64,000 bases of DNA from Candidatus Bathyarchaeota archaeon (GCA_963833575.1 CAWHXY010000004.1:384001-448000); one strand, 5' to 3'; positions 1 to 9,960 are shown, counted from the stretch's first letter. Numbers and translations: made by a program. The notes: generated by a model from the sequence alone, not told the origin.

Positions 1-1
1 C

Positions 2-496
2 TTTTGTTGCGTTTAAAAGTCGGGCTGCTTCTCTTTTATGTCTATCAATTTGGCTTCTGTCAGGTACCTGAAAGTCTTGCCATTCATCTGCGATTGATTT
101 CACTTTATTAATGGTACTCGATCTTAACTTTGCTTTTCTTTCGAGATGTATTGCATCTTGCAACTGCCTCGTAATAAGGTCAGTCCGTGCTTTTGCCAAA
201 GCATCAATTGATGACTTGCCTTTGGGTGTCAGCTCAAAAACAATTTTTCCTTGCCAATTAGCTTTCCGGATCAAGTGCTTTTCGCATAGCCTGTTAATAC
301 TTATTTGCACTTGTTCTAGGTTAGTGCCCATTTTGTTACTAATTTTTGCGAGTGCCAGTTTTTCAGTTTGTTCATTTGTTGCTTTTTTGTCGAGATAATC
401 CAAGATAGCTTCGTCGATTGGTAATTTACTTGTGTCATTGACAGTCGTGTCGGTACAGCTCCATTTAGGTATGACTTGTTCTAGGCTAAATTCAAT
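2..496 (-). CDS. Winged-helix (MarR-like) domain protein, runs off left edge; start uncertain
   Basis: Manual translation of open minus frame ...PIDEAILDYLDKK...LAKISNKMGTNLEQVQISINRLCEKHLIRKANWQGKIVFELTPKGK...; TTTATAAA near 517-524; no canonical start codon found just downstream of it. Confidence 0.65.
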   Translation of the reverse strand, partial: MEFSLEQVIPKWSCTDTTVNDTSKLPIDEAILDYLDKKATNEQTEKLALAKISNKMGTNLEQVQISINRLCEKHLIRKANWQGKIVFELTPKGKSSIDALAKARTDLITRQLQDAIHLERKAKLRSSTINKVKSIADEWQDFQVPDRSQIDRHKREAARLLNATK

Positions 497-664
497 TGCA
501 ATATATCGAATTTGACTTTTATAAATCAATATCTAACTTTCTTCACATACTCTAGGCATGAACCCCTACCTATGGATCATGGCTCTATAGCAGGACATTT
601 TTGAGGTTCGAAAGACAGTTTATAAAAAAAAGAAAGCAAGAGGTTGTTAGTTTTTTGCGTTTGG

Positions 665-1327
665 TTATGTTAGTTTTGTGCCGCATTCGCCGCAGAAGCT
701 CGTGGCTGCGGGGTTTTTAGCTCCGCATTTGGGGCATACTTTCAGTCCTAATGGCGCTCCGCAGTTATTGCAGAATTTGCCTGATCCTGCTGGTTTTCCG
801 CATACGGGGCAGAGTGTTTGTCTCTGTGTTATTTCGCCTGTGTACACTTGGGTAGTTTCGGCTTTTTGTTTGATGTCTGTAACCATTTTTTCGGCTCTTG
901 CTGCAGCTACTTCTGTGCTTTCCCTTGGCGCGTCTTCGACACATAGTCCTTCTTGTTCGTTCCAGTCGTTTTCGCAGACGTATTTGTGGCATCTTGGGCA
1001 TCGTTGGAAGTGGCCTTTGGCTTCGTTTTGTGCAAGTTCAAATGCTTGTTCGTGTTCTTTGTGCCATTCTGGTGTCATGCCTTGGAATCTTTCGCTCATG
1101 ACATCTGCGCCTTGTTGAAGCGAATAGCCGCTGCTGCGCCCAGCTAGTTGAGATCCTATGGAAGCGACCTGGCCTACTCCTCTCCAGAATCCTTTTTTCT
1201 TGTAGGTTTTGCTTGCAATGAAGTTTGTTTTGTAGCCGTCGTTGCATATGTCGCAGTTGAACGTAAATTGGAACCCTGCATCCGTGCTATTGTCTTGATA
1301 GTTTCGGGTAAAAGGTTGAAGTGGCAT
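665..1327 (-). CDS. Double zinc ribbon (DZR) domain protein
   Basis: Many CxxC pairs, C-terminal CPVCG..FCNNCG..CPKCG..FCGECG. Confidence 0.8.
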   Translation of the reverse strand: MPLQPFTRNYQDNSTDAGFQFTFNCDICNDGYKTNFIASKTYKKKGFWRGVGQVASIGSQLAGRSSGYSLQQGADVMSERFQGMTPEWHKEHEQAFELAQNEAKGHFQRCPRCHKYVCENDWNEQEGLCVEDAPRESTEVAAARAEKMVTDIKQKAETTQVYTGEITQRQTLCPVCGKPAGSGKFCNNCGAPLGLKVCPKCGAKNPAATSFCGECGTKLT

Positions 1328-1332
1328 TTTTT

Positions 1333-1668
1333 TTATCTCCCTGTTATGTTTAGTGGTTTACCGCATTTTATGCATTTCTCTCCGAGCGGTGGCTGTTCGG
1401 TTTTGCACTTAGGACAGATTACTGTAAGTCTTTTACCGCAGCTTTGGCAGTAGTCTCCGAAAAATGTTGACTTTCCGCAGTATGGACAGTTTGTTTGAAG
1501 CGTCAAACCGCAACTGCTGCATTTGACTTGCCCGGTTTCGATTGGATTTCGGCATTTGGGGCATCTTTGAGGCCCAACTGGGTTGACTTTTCCGCAGAAT
1601 GGACATACGTTGTCGTCAAAAGATACGAGTTTTCCGCAATATTTACAAGGATGCTTGTAACCCGGCAT
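1333..1668 (-). CDS. Multi-zinc-ribbon (DZR) protein
   Basis: Eight CxxC motifs in 111 aa; abuts upstream gene. Confidence 0.8.
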   Translation of the reverse strand: MPGYKHPCKYCGKLVSFDDNVCPFCGKVNPVGPQRCPKCRNPIETGQVKCSSCGLTLQTNCPYCGKSTFFGDYCQSCGKRLTVICPKCKTEQPPLGEKCIKCGKPLNITGR

Positions 1669-3060
1669 TCATTGACCTCCTTTACTCCATTTTTCGTGGT
1701 CATCTATACTTTTGGTATTAAAGGCTAATAAGCTAATTACATCGGCTTTCCATTGTTCTTGGGATGCGTGAATTACTCTGCCCACAAATTGCTCTCTGAG
1801 GACTTTGAGCGAAGGAATTTTTGATATGGCGAACCTATATTGAGTATACCGAGTGCTTTCAAGCTGGTTTTCTGTGAGGTATATTGGTTCTCTTCTGAAA
1901 TTGATTTCAATCATGGATCGATTGAAGTTTTTGATGAAACTCTCTAATTCTTTAGTTAAATCATCATCTTCAGTTTGAGCGTATTCTTTTCTTCCAGCTG
2001 ATTTGAAAAAGTAGGTTGCTCCTATTGCGCCTGTTTCTTGTTCCTGGCCTTGGTTTTGAAGTGTTTCTTCTGGTATTTCGGAGTCCTCGTTTTTTATTAG
2101 TTGATCCTTGTTTTCAGAGTTGTCTTGAGTGTTGAATGCTTCTAGGGCGACTGTGTTGCTTAGTCTGTTTGTTCCTGGATTGAGAAGTGGGAATAGCATC
2201 CACATGTAAGTGCCTGTTAAGTCGCCCATGAGTCCGCGTTTTAGTCCTAAACAAACTTGGTCTTTTGCTGCAAGTGAATTCAGGAACTCATATTCCATCG
2301 TTAAGCCTGCTTCGTCTATTTTCTTGGTTAGTCGTCGCCAGAGGTCGGTTGATTGCTGTTCGATTTCTTTTCTTTTTGCTGCCAGCCCATCTTTCATTAG
2401 AGTTGCTAGTTTGTTTATTGTAATCGGTGTTGCTTCTGGAATTAGTTCTTTTATGCTTTGTTGTGTTCTAAGAATCATTTTGTTTATCGCATCTGAGAGG
2501 GCTTTTGCAAGTGGATCAAAGTTCTGTCCAAGTTGGGTGAATTCGGTTTTTTCTTGGGATTCGTTTGTTATCGTCAGTTTGTAGTCTTGTTTGTTTACTT
2601 TGGTTATGTAGCAATATGGAATACGGATAGGTTCGTTTTTTTGTGGAAGAACCACTAGTGCCGTGTCGTAGAGACGGATTTCACAATGTCCGGTTTGATT
2701 TATTTGGCCGTTTGGTTCAAGTTGTACGTATTGCCCTTCGAAGCCAGCCTGGAGCAGTGATTCTTCGATAAGCAAATACTTGAGCATGAGTTCGTTTCGG
2801 AGCTTGAATAATAGGAAAAGGAAGTCTTCGTAATTATATCCTAAGCTCCAAAGGTTTAGCTTTTCTTTCGAACTTAAGAAAAGGTCGACTTTATAGTCGT
2901 AGTCCGATATTCCAACAATGTCGGTGTAAGCGAAAAGCATGGGCTCCCCGAACGTAACGGTCAAAGTCAAGTACTGTTCGTCGAGAGTAGCCTTTGCTTC
3001 TCCTTCCTCTCTTACGTTTGACATATCATCGTAGAGTTTGTAGTTGAGTGCAACTTCCAT
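1669..3060 (-). CDS. Hypothetical protein, possibly tandem PH-like domains
   Basis: Long ORF; GGTGA RBS before ATG at 3060; two similar beta-rich segments (..IPY..I..V...DYKL.I..). Confidence 0.65.
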   Translation of the reverse strand: MEVALNYKLYDDMSNVREEGEAKATLDEQYLTLTVTFGEPMLFAYTDIVGISDYDYKVDLFLSSKEKLNLWSLGYNYEDFLFLLFKLRNELMLKYLLIEESLLQAGFEGQYVQLEPNGQINQTGHCEIRLYDTALVVLPQKNEPIRIPYCYITKVNKQDYKLTITNESQEKTEFTQLGQNFDPLAKALSDAINKMILRTQQSIKELIPEATPITINKLATLMKDGLAAKRKEIEQQSTDLWRRLTKKIDEAGLTMEYEFLNSLAAKDQVCLGLKRGLMGDLTGTYMWMLFPLLNPGTNRLSNTVALEAFNTQDNSENKDQLIKNEDSEIPEETLQNQGQEQETGAIGATYFFKSAGRKEYAQTEDDDLTKELESFIKNFNRSMIEINFRREPIYLTENQLESTRYTQYRFAISKIPSLKVLREQFVGRVIHASQEQWKADVISLLAFNTKSIDDHEKWSKGGQ

Positions 3061-3269
3061 AGTTTCACCTTTAGGGACTATTTGTGTGGTTAGTGACATA
3101 TCTAATTTTGCAGGTTGAGTACTAAAAAATATTGAGTTGTACACGAGAATATTAAACAAGACTGTACGACATAAAAAAGCATGAGAAAGAATTAGAAAAG
3201 TTAATGCGGTTTTAGGCTACTTGTAATTCGAAGATTTAAAAACTGTTTTGAATAGCCCCACGCAAAGAT

Positions 3270-3605
3270 TTAAGAAGAGAATTCTCCTTGGCTGATATGC
3301 GTTAATTCATGTTCCAAACTCTCAACAAGGTCAGCAGATTGTTTAACTAAAATGATGAAAGCTTCTTCAAACACAAACGTACAAGCTTCAATTAACTTGT
3401 CATTAAAATCTACTCCATATTCTTTAACTCTGGTATCAATCACACCGGGATTTTTCTTTAATAGTTTTAACATGTGATCGAAGTCTTTTTCATCAAATGT
3501 GTAGGCGTAGATATCTGGAAAAGGTTTGCCTGAAATTTTTTTCCAAACAACTTTAAGGAGCTTGGTAGAAACTGTCCTTGCAGAGGTTAATTTAGGTAAA
3601 TTCAA
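3270..3605 (-). CDS. Small protein with C-terminal HExxH (zincin-like) motif
   Basis: SLEHELTH near C-terminus. Confidence 0.55.
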   Translation of the reverse strand: MNLPKLTSARTVSTKLLKVVWKKISGKPFPDIYAYTFDEKDFDHMLKLLKKNPGVIDTRVKEYGVDFNDKLIEACTFVFEEAFIILVKQSADLVESLEHELTHISQGEFSS

Positions 3606-3925
3606 CTGCTATCACTTTAAAAAAGAACTAGCGGAGTTTATCAAGATTCAGGTTTTCTGAGATTCCTAAACCGCCATCTCTGATCTTGTTGTCGCCAAGG
3701 AGAACCAGTCATTGAAGTTGTTAATTTTAGAATACTTGACAAGTCAGGAAGCCATAGTTTCCTGAACTAATCTTCTCTTTAACTTAAGAAGTTGTCTCTG
3801 AAAAATCAATGCTGAGTTGGTACGGTAAAATACAGTTGTTACACCATTAACACACCCACAATCCTTCTTATTTCTCTCTATAGAAGTAACATAGGTATAT
3901 TCCACCACAACTAGGGAGAACTATA

Positions 3926-4066
3926 TTGGCTAACTGTCCAAACTGCAAAAAAGAAATATGCAAACCAGAGAAATCTCTCAAAAACTGTGTTTTCCAAATA
4001 GACGTTTATGTCTGTAGTGCTTGCGGACAACAGTTTAGAGAGACAAAAGATCAGTTTTCACGTTGA
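3926..4066 (+). CDS. Zn-ribbon microprotein (46 aa, Cren7-like/CPxCG type), not in ORF track
   Basis: AGGGAGA RBS, TTG start: MANCPNCKKEICKPEKSLKNCVFQIDVYVCSACGQQFRETKDQFSR; paralog at 30616. Confidence 0.7.
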   Translation: MANCPNCKKEICKPEKSLKNCVFQIDVYVCSACGQQFRETKDQFSR

Positions 4067-4284
4067 TAAGCAGAAAGCAGGTTTACATTTGCTATTCAGC
4101 TTTTTTGATTTATACGTATTGTCTGTTTATTATTATTTGTTGTAATTAGACATATACTTGTGCAGATTTGTAGGAAAAATCACTATTTTAATTCTTTAGC
4201 CATACTTCTGCATTGTCAGAATTTTCTGAAAAATAGGAAAGCTTAAGTATTAAAAACGTGTTTTATTGGTCATGGCGATTAAGT

Positions 4285-4536
4285 GTGAGTAGTTGTGAAG
4301 GAGACACCTGCAGAATTGATGCTGTCATTACTATGGATGCGAAAGGGCAAATTGTTCTTCCCAAAGATTTACGAGAAAAGGCAAATTTCAAGCCAAATGA
4401 CAAAATAGCTGTGGTGGCTTGCGAGAAGAACGGCGAAGTGTGCTGCATCATGATTTTAAAAGCTGAGAGATTCGTCGGTGCCGTAACGAAAACGCTTGGT
4501 CCATTGCTTAAAGGAGTAACTAACCAGGAGAGTTAA
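4285..4536 (+). CDS. AbrB-fold HgcAB-associated (HgcC-like) protein
   Basis: [39 protein letters not shown] pattern. Confidence 0.7.
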   Translation: MSSCEGDTCRIDAVITMDAKGQIVLPKDLREKANFKPNDKIAVVACEKNGEVCCIMILKAERFVGAVTKTLGPLLKGVTNQES

Positions 4537-4538
4537 TA

Positions 4539-5366
4539 ATGAAAGAAGAAAAAGTTAAGAAAATTGTTAGAAATCGTTATGCAAAGGTCGCTAAAACAAA
4601 TGGTTCTTGCGCGGCCTCAAACGTGAGCTGTTGCTCAGCCCCTTCAAACCAGCAGGTGAGTAAAATGATAGGATATAGCGAAGAAGAAATAAATGCAGTT
4701 CCAGAAGGTGCCAATCTGGGATTAGGCTGTGGGAACCCTACAGCATTGGCTTCTTTGAAAGAAGGTGAAAGAATTCTCGATTTAGGTTCAGGTGCAGGGT
4801 TCGATTGCTTTTTGGCAGCCAAGAAAGTTGGCAAACAAGGAAAAGTAATTGGAGTAGACATGACTCCGGAAATGCTTGACAAAGCAAGAGCAAACGCTAA
4901 GAAAGGCAAATACACAAATGTAGAGTTTAGACTAGGAGAAATCGAAAACCTACCCGTTGCCGACAACTCGGTTGATGTCATAATTTCAAATTGCGTAATC
5001 AATCTCGCTCCAAACAAGAAGCGCGTATTCGAAGAAGCTTTCAGGGTTCTTGCTCCAATGGGTCGATTAATGGTTTCGGACATTGTGCTCTTAAAAGAGT
5101 TGCCTGAATCTATCCGAAATAATGTTGAAGCTTATGCTGGATGCATTTCTGGAGCGGAAATCAAGAACAAGTATCTCGAACTAATAAGGAAGGCTGGATT
5201 CCAAGAAGTTAAAGTCATAGAGGAAAAAACATACCCACTTGAATACATCATAAGCGAATCCACTTTGAAAGAAGCTATTAAGATGGCAAGCATGACGGAA
5301 GATGAGGTAAAAGAAGCGGCGAACATTGTGGTAAGCATTAAAGTCTCAGCAGTAAAAAACAATTAG
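4539..5366 (+). CDS. arsM: Arsenite S-adenosylmethionine methyltransferase
   Basis: [34 protein letters not shown] motifs. Confidence 0.93.
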   Translation: MKEEKVKKIVRNRYAKVAKTNGSCAASNVSCCSAPSNQQVSKMIGYSEEEINAVPEGANLGLGCGNPTALASLKEGERILDLGSGAGFDCFLAAKKVGKQGKVIGVDMTPEMLDKARANAKKGKYTNVEFRLGEIENLPVADNSVDVIISNCVINLAPNKKRVFEEAFRVLAPMGRLMVSDIVLLKELPESIRNNVEAYAGCISGAEIKNKYLELIRKAGFQEVKVIEEKTYPLEYIISESTLKEAIKMASMTEDEVKEAANIVVSIKVSAVKNN

Positions 5367-5379
5367 CGAGGAATCAATT

Positions 5380-5958
5380 GTGAAACTCTCCCTTCCTGCA
5401 CAAACAATATTGCTCCCTTCTCCAGTGCTGATCATTGGAACATATGGCCCAGATGGCAGACCCAATATTATGACTGCCGCCTGGGGAGGAATAGCATCCA
5501 GCAAACCCCCATGTATTAGTGTGTCTCTCAGGGAGGCGACGCTTAGCTATCATAACATCAAACAGACCGAGGCCTTCACAGTAAATATTCCTTCTGAAAA
5601 GTACCTCAAAGAGGCCGACTTTGTTGGCATAGTTACGGGAAGAGAATGTGACAAATTCAAAGAGACTCGACTTACCGCGGAAAAGAGCAAATTAGTCAAT
5701 GCCCCAATCGTAAAAGAATTTCCATATGCTCTTGAATGCCATCTGGTTAAGAAGGTTGATCTTGGCTTGCACACAATGTTTATTGGAGAAATCGTCGGAA
5801 TGGTCGCTGATAGTGAGGTTCTAAGTCCAAACAAACTTCCAGACATCGAGAAAGTGCGACCTTTACTGTTTGGTTCATTTGGCAGTATGGCATATTATAA
5901 TTTAGGCGACAAACTTGGAGATGCATTCGCAGTTGGAAAAGAAATACAACGGAGCTAA
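5380..5958 (+). CDS. Flavin reductase-like (flavoredoxin) protein
   Basis: PNIMTAAWGG, FTVNIP, ECHL..GLHTMFIGEIV. Confidence 0.88.
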   Translation: MKLSLPAQTILLPSPVLIIGTYGPDGRPNIMTAAWGGIASSKPPCISVSLREATLSYHNIKQTEAFTVNIPSEKYLKEADFVGIVTGRECDKFKETRLTAEKSKLVNAPIVKEFPYALECHLVKKVDLGLHTMFIGEIVGMVADSEVLSPNKLPDIEKVRPLLFGSFGSMAYYNLGDKLGDAFAVGKEIQRS

Positions 5959-6100
5959 ATTTAGCTATGCAATAAGAATTAATCAAAAAAGCAAGTTAAT
6001 TAACTCAATTTTTATAGAAAGGTTATAATTAAGCTGTCGAAGAGAATTATAAAAAGCTTCGCAAATAGCGTTGTTTCAAATGGGACAATACTGTACCTAT

Positions 6101-6130
6101 TTGTAACATAAATGTCACAATACTTATTAC
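6101..6130 (+). promoter_or_regulatory. Near-palindromic operator TTGTAACA-N5-GTCACAA followed by TATA-like ACTTATTA
   Basis: Same motif and TATA spacing occurs upstream of lysW (39531-39561, minus). Confidence 0.55.
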
Positions 6131-6151
6131 AAACCGTAAACTAAATTACTT

Positions 6152-6388
6152 TTGCAGGTCAAGGAGCAAGCTTTAGATGCAATGCATTGAGGCATAGAAG
6201 CGTGCTAGTTGAAACAGCGAAAAATTAGTACGCGGCTAAGATCTTTCCTCAATGGGCTGAACATGTATAGTGTTGGAATCAACTAAGCCGCGAAGCAGCA
6301 GATTCATAACGGCACAAAGAATCTGCAGCGATTAAGATCGCGCTTAGATGGGCCGTAAACAACAATAAGGCTCAGACTTGACCTGCGA
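6152..6388 (+). ncRNA. Putative BHB-flanked structured ncRNA (predicted ~206-nt excised/circular product)
   Basis: Outer stem GCAGGTCAAG(6154-63)/CTTGACCTGC(6377-86), central 4-bp GAGC/GCTC, 3-nt bulges AAG and AGA; several internal hairpins; upstream TATA; no long ORF. Confidence 0.65.
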
Positions 6389-6558
6389 TAAACTAAGTGG
6401 GAAAAAAATAAAACATAAAGTAAATTTAAATTCCACTTTTTTATTCTTAGTTTTTAGGTCAAACATATTCGTTAGTTTTTTTGATCTTCGAAATTCTAAT
6501 ACAAGAGCCAAACCTCAAAGAAAACTATAGCAAAACAAGCTAAGAAATCATAATTAGA

Positions 6559-7491
6559 TTATTTGATTACGAGCTTCTGTGAATGCTTGTCGTGTGCTTC
6601 ATCTGACTCTATTCTTATCTTGAATTCTAAGACTTCATCAAATATCTGTTTTATCTTCTCTTCTACATTAGAAGCTATTTGATCTGCTTCCCTGACAAGC
6701 ATTTCACTGGAAACAACAATATTCATGTCCCCAGTCATGTATGGACCTACCTTTCTCACGCGAATGCTATGTGCTTCCTTAACGCCTTTAACGCTTTTAG
6801 CTAATTCTTCAATTGCACCAATGATATCTCCACAATTGCAAGCATCCACTAGAACTAAAGATGACTCTTTGAATATCGAATACGCGCCGACAAAAATGGC
6901 GCCAGAGATAAAGATTCCAGCAACTGAATCCGCATGCAAGATACCCAAGTACCTGTTAAGTGCAACACCACTAAGAACGGCAATTGAAGAAAGCACATCT
7001 AAAGTGCCGCTGAGCCCACCAACCTTCAGAGAGTTTGAACCAAACTTTTTTGATGCTCTATTAATCCATACAGATACTAGAAGCACGACTATTGTAGACG
7101 CAGTAGCAACTATAATTGCTGTTTCGGCGTTAGTAATTGCTTTTTGTGTCATCCACGCATTGTACGCTTCAAGAAGAATAAAACCCCCAAAAATAGCTAA
7201 AACGAAAGCTGCGATAAGACTCCCAAGAGATTCTATTCGATAATAACCAAAATGGAATGTACCATCAGGTGATCGCCTCGAAAATCTTAAGCCAATCCAC
7301 ACGACTAGAAAGATTATTGATGTTGCGATTGAGTCTATTCCATCGGCCAATAAAGCGACGCTATTAGAGAATAATGCCGCAATAACTTCAGCTATACCGA
7401 CTGCCAAAACTACGAAAAAAGCTATTTGCGCAACTACTGAACTCTTTTTCAGATCTCTTGATGACAAATCTATATCAACCTTGTTCAGCAA
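6559..7491 (-). CDS. Cation diffusion facilitator (CDF/FieF-like) transporter
   Basis: SVALLADGIDS, FHFGYYRIESL, TM helices plus C-terminal dimerisation domain. Confidence 0.9.
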   Translation of the reverse strand: MLNKVDIDLSSRDLKKSSVVAQIAFFVVLAVGIAEVIAALFSNSVALLADGIDSIATSIIFLVVWIGLRFSRRSPDGTFHFGYYRIESLGSLIAAFVLAIFGGFILLEAYNAWMTQKAITNAETAIIVATASTIVVLLVSVWINRASKKFGSNSLKVGGLSGTLDVLSSIAVLSGVALNRYLGILHADSVAGIFISGAIFVGAYSIFKESSLVLVDACNCGDIIGAIEELAKSVKGVKEAHSIRVRKVGPYMTGDMNIVVSSEMLVREADQIASNVEEKIKQIFDEVLEFKIRIESDEAHDKHSQKLVIK

Positions 7492-7762
7492 CTATGGACT
7501 TCTAAGTCGGGTGTATTTAACACTTTAAAAAAACAATTCTTAAACTTTTTTGCAGCGTTTGAATTAATTTTACATGAAGTATTTAGTCTGAACGATTTTG
7601 AAATAAGTAAATTCTCAGTTAGCATAGCTTATTATCTCAATGTGATCGCAAGAACAGATTAAGTAGTTTTGGGCAAGTCATAAGCCTTCGCGATATCAAT
7701 TTCACTAAAAACCCTAGAAATTCTAATAAACAACAATATGAGTTTGCAAGAACGATGAAGAT

Positions 7763-7870
7763 ATGAGCTCTAACAAGAAACTCCATTGCAAAAATTGCGG
7801 TCGCGAAATTACCAAACACGATCATGAGAATTGCGACGGAATGTGTTTGGAATGCTGGGACGATGAATAA
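7763..7870 (+). CDS. Zn-finger microprotein (35 aa), possibly truncated
   Basis: MSSNKKLHCKNCGREITKHDHENCDGMCLECWDDE. Confidence 0.55.
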   Translation: MSSNKKLHCKNCGREITKHDHENCDGMCLECWDDE

Positions 7871-7931
7871 CAGAGTAGTTCGTCGGCAAATTCGACTATC
7901 TTAAGGTTGTATGAGTTCAACTTCAAAAAAG

Positions 7932-8531
7932 CTACCATTCGTCTCTTCTGCTGGTTTGCTCATTTTTGACGTCTTCGTCAGTTTGATGGTAAATTCCTTT
8001 GTCAGAATCTGAAACTATAAACAAGTCAGTCCCCGCGATATGGTTAACAATTGGAATTTTCACCAATCTATCTTCTCGTCTGATTGGCACATATTCTATG
8101 CTTAGTTCTTTGCTCGCCGACGCAAGTTTTTCTCCATTCGACCATAACTCAAACATTTCAACTTTTATTAGGTGTGGTCCAGCGCTTATGCCTTTCATAT
8201 TTAGAACTGTTGTTAGCTCAAAATCGTCTTTTGTGAGTAGTCCTTGGGGAATGCTGAGGCGGGTAGTATTCGTCATGTGGCTGTCAAAATATAAGTCGAG
8301 TGTTATTTTTGAGTAGGCAGCCTTTGAGGGCAACAATCGAAAACTAGTCTTGAGAGCCAACTCGTCCTCTCTTGTTATAGCGACGATTTCAGATATTATT
8401 ATTTTTTTCTTGGAGCTACATACTGAGGTTTGAGCGGATATCTTTTTTGTGACAGGTAAAGTGTCAAATGTTGTTTGGTTGAATTGGTTTACTTCAGCAA
8501 TCATTTTTTCTCTTGAGCGCCTGGTTTTCAT
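7932..8531 (-). CDS. Hypothetical protein
   Basis: 199-aa ORF with protein-like composition. Confidence 0.65.
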   Translation of the reverse strand: MKTRRSREKMIAEVNQFNQTTFDTLPVTKKISAQTSVCSSKKKIIISEIVAITREDELALKTSFRLLPSKAAYSKITLDLYFDSHMTNTTRLSIPQGLLTKDDFELTTVLNMKGISAGPHLIKVEMFELWSNGEKLASASKELSIEYVPIRREDRLVKIPIVNHIAGTDLFIVSDSDKGIYHQTDEDVKNEQTSRRDEW

Positions 8532-8857
8532 TGGTCTGCAAACCTACTCTTTGCTTATAACACAATACCCAGTTAAGTTACACGGTTAATATCTGATCCA
8601 AACATAGTAAATAGTTACGAAAACTGCAACAAAGAAATTATAGTTTGTCCCATCATGAAATCAATATTCTTCTTTATTTAATTCTAAATTAAAAGAAAAA
8701 AATCTTTGGAAAAAAAATAAAATTTCTTTCTTGTATTTAGTAACTGAAGTTTATTGATCCAAGAATTAGTTTTAGTTTGTTAAGCGCTTGTTGCTTCAAC
8801 TTGTGCCAACATTATTTTATTATCTAAGAAAGCTTAACGGTAATTAAGGTAAGAAGA

Positions 8858-9097
8858 ATGAAGCAAGCGTATGCTTATACTGTGGATTTAACCAAAATAG
8901 ATGGCAAGGGAGATTTTTCATGTCCAAAATGTGGAGTTGTCATCTCGCCAGATGAGACTTCCGAAGAGATCTATAGCATTGTAGAGCCAAAAGTCAATGG
9001 TTACGGTTTAGAAGAAATAGTGATTTGCTGCACCAATTGTGCAAGTCAGATTCACCTTACTGGATTTTCTCTCTTGGAAAAACTATCAATTAAGTAA
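8858..9097 (+). CDS. Small Zn-finger protein (paralog of 30767-31063)
   Basis: DLTKIDGKGDFSCPKCG..ISPD..CCTNC..IHLTGF. Confidence 0.8.
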   Translation: MKQAYAYTVDLTKIDGKGDFSCPKCGVVISPDETSEEIYSIVEPKVNGYGLEEIVICCTNCASQIHLTGFSLLEKLSIK

Positions 9098-9190
9098 TTG
9101 ATAACCTCAATGATTGTTCTATTAGAAGTTCCATTTTTCAGAATCGATGAAAATCGTTGTTGTTTTTAAAGCACACAAAGTCTATACTTT

Positions 9191-9352
9191 TCAAATAGTT
9201 GAGATTTTCATAATGATTTCTCGGTATCGCGTATCATTGAAGTCTTTTTCACAAGCCACCAGTACAAGTCTGTTTTCAGTTCCCTTGCACTGATATATCG
9301 TGAAGTATTTGCCGTCTTTGATTTCTTCTCCACACAACACACACTTCTTCAA
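9191..9352 (-). CDS. Cys-containing microprotein (53 aa), not in ORF track
   Basis: GGAGA RBS, TTG start: MKKCVLCGEEIKDGKYFTIYQCKGTENRLVLVACEKDFNDTRYREIIMKISTI. Confidence 0.55.
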   Translation of the reverse strand: MKKCVLCGEEIKDGKYFTIYQCKGTENRLVLVACEKDFNDTRYREIIMKISTI

Positions 9353-9528
9353 TTTTCTCCCTTGCCCTTAACGTGCTTTATGCATTACAACTATAATAGC
9401 GTAAATGTTGGTTCCAACTTGGCAAAGGCAATAGAATCCGCCTAACAAAAAATAATTAAACCCAAACATTAACCAAGTTACAGCAAAGTTCTTATTTTAT
9501 TAGCCACTAAAATTTTATTGTTGATTAT

Positions 9529-9960
9529 ATGCGAAAAGTACTTGTTATTTATTATAGTCGTTCAGGAAATACTGAAAAGATGGCAAAAGCAGTCGCACAA
9601 GGCGCCAAAAGCGACCAAAACATAGCCGTTGACCTAAGCTACCACATCGAAGCTGACGAACTAGCAAACTATGATGCCATACTCGTTGGTACACCAACAT
9701 ACCACACTCAGATGCCTATCGACTTCAAAAACCTCTTTGAAGAAGCATCAGCAAAACAGATAAACCTAAAAAACAAAGTCGGCAGCGCCTTTGGATCGTA
9801 TGGATGGAGCGGAGAGGCACCCCAAGCTGTCATCGAAATACTCAAGAAATTTGAGATGCAAGTTATAGAACCGCCCATACGTGCCAAATACGTTCCTGAC
9901 CAAAAAGCTCTCGACGCTTGCATTGACCTAGGGAAAAAAGTCGCCCAACAATTAAGCTGA
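9529..9960 (+). CDS. Flavodoxin (FprA-like flavodoxin domain)
   Basis: YYSRSGNTEKMA, GTPTY, AFGSYGWSGEA. Confidence 0.9.
   Translation: MRKVLVIYYSRSGNTEKMAKAVAQGAKSDQNIAVDLSYHIEADELANYDAILVGTPTYHTQMPIDFKNLFEEASAKQINLKNKVGSAFGSYGWSGEAPQAVIEILKKFEMQVIEPPIRAKYVPDQKALDACIDLGKKVAQQLS

Noticed and set aside
3628-3690. Imperfect intergenic hairpin
   Set aside because: Several bulges, no BHB geometry or second copy; could be chance.
6283-6301. TAAGCCGCGAAGCAGCAG resembling SRP RNA helix 8
   Set aside because: The GNRA-capped stem does not pair, and the size and other SRP helices do not fit.
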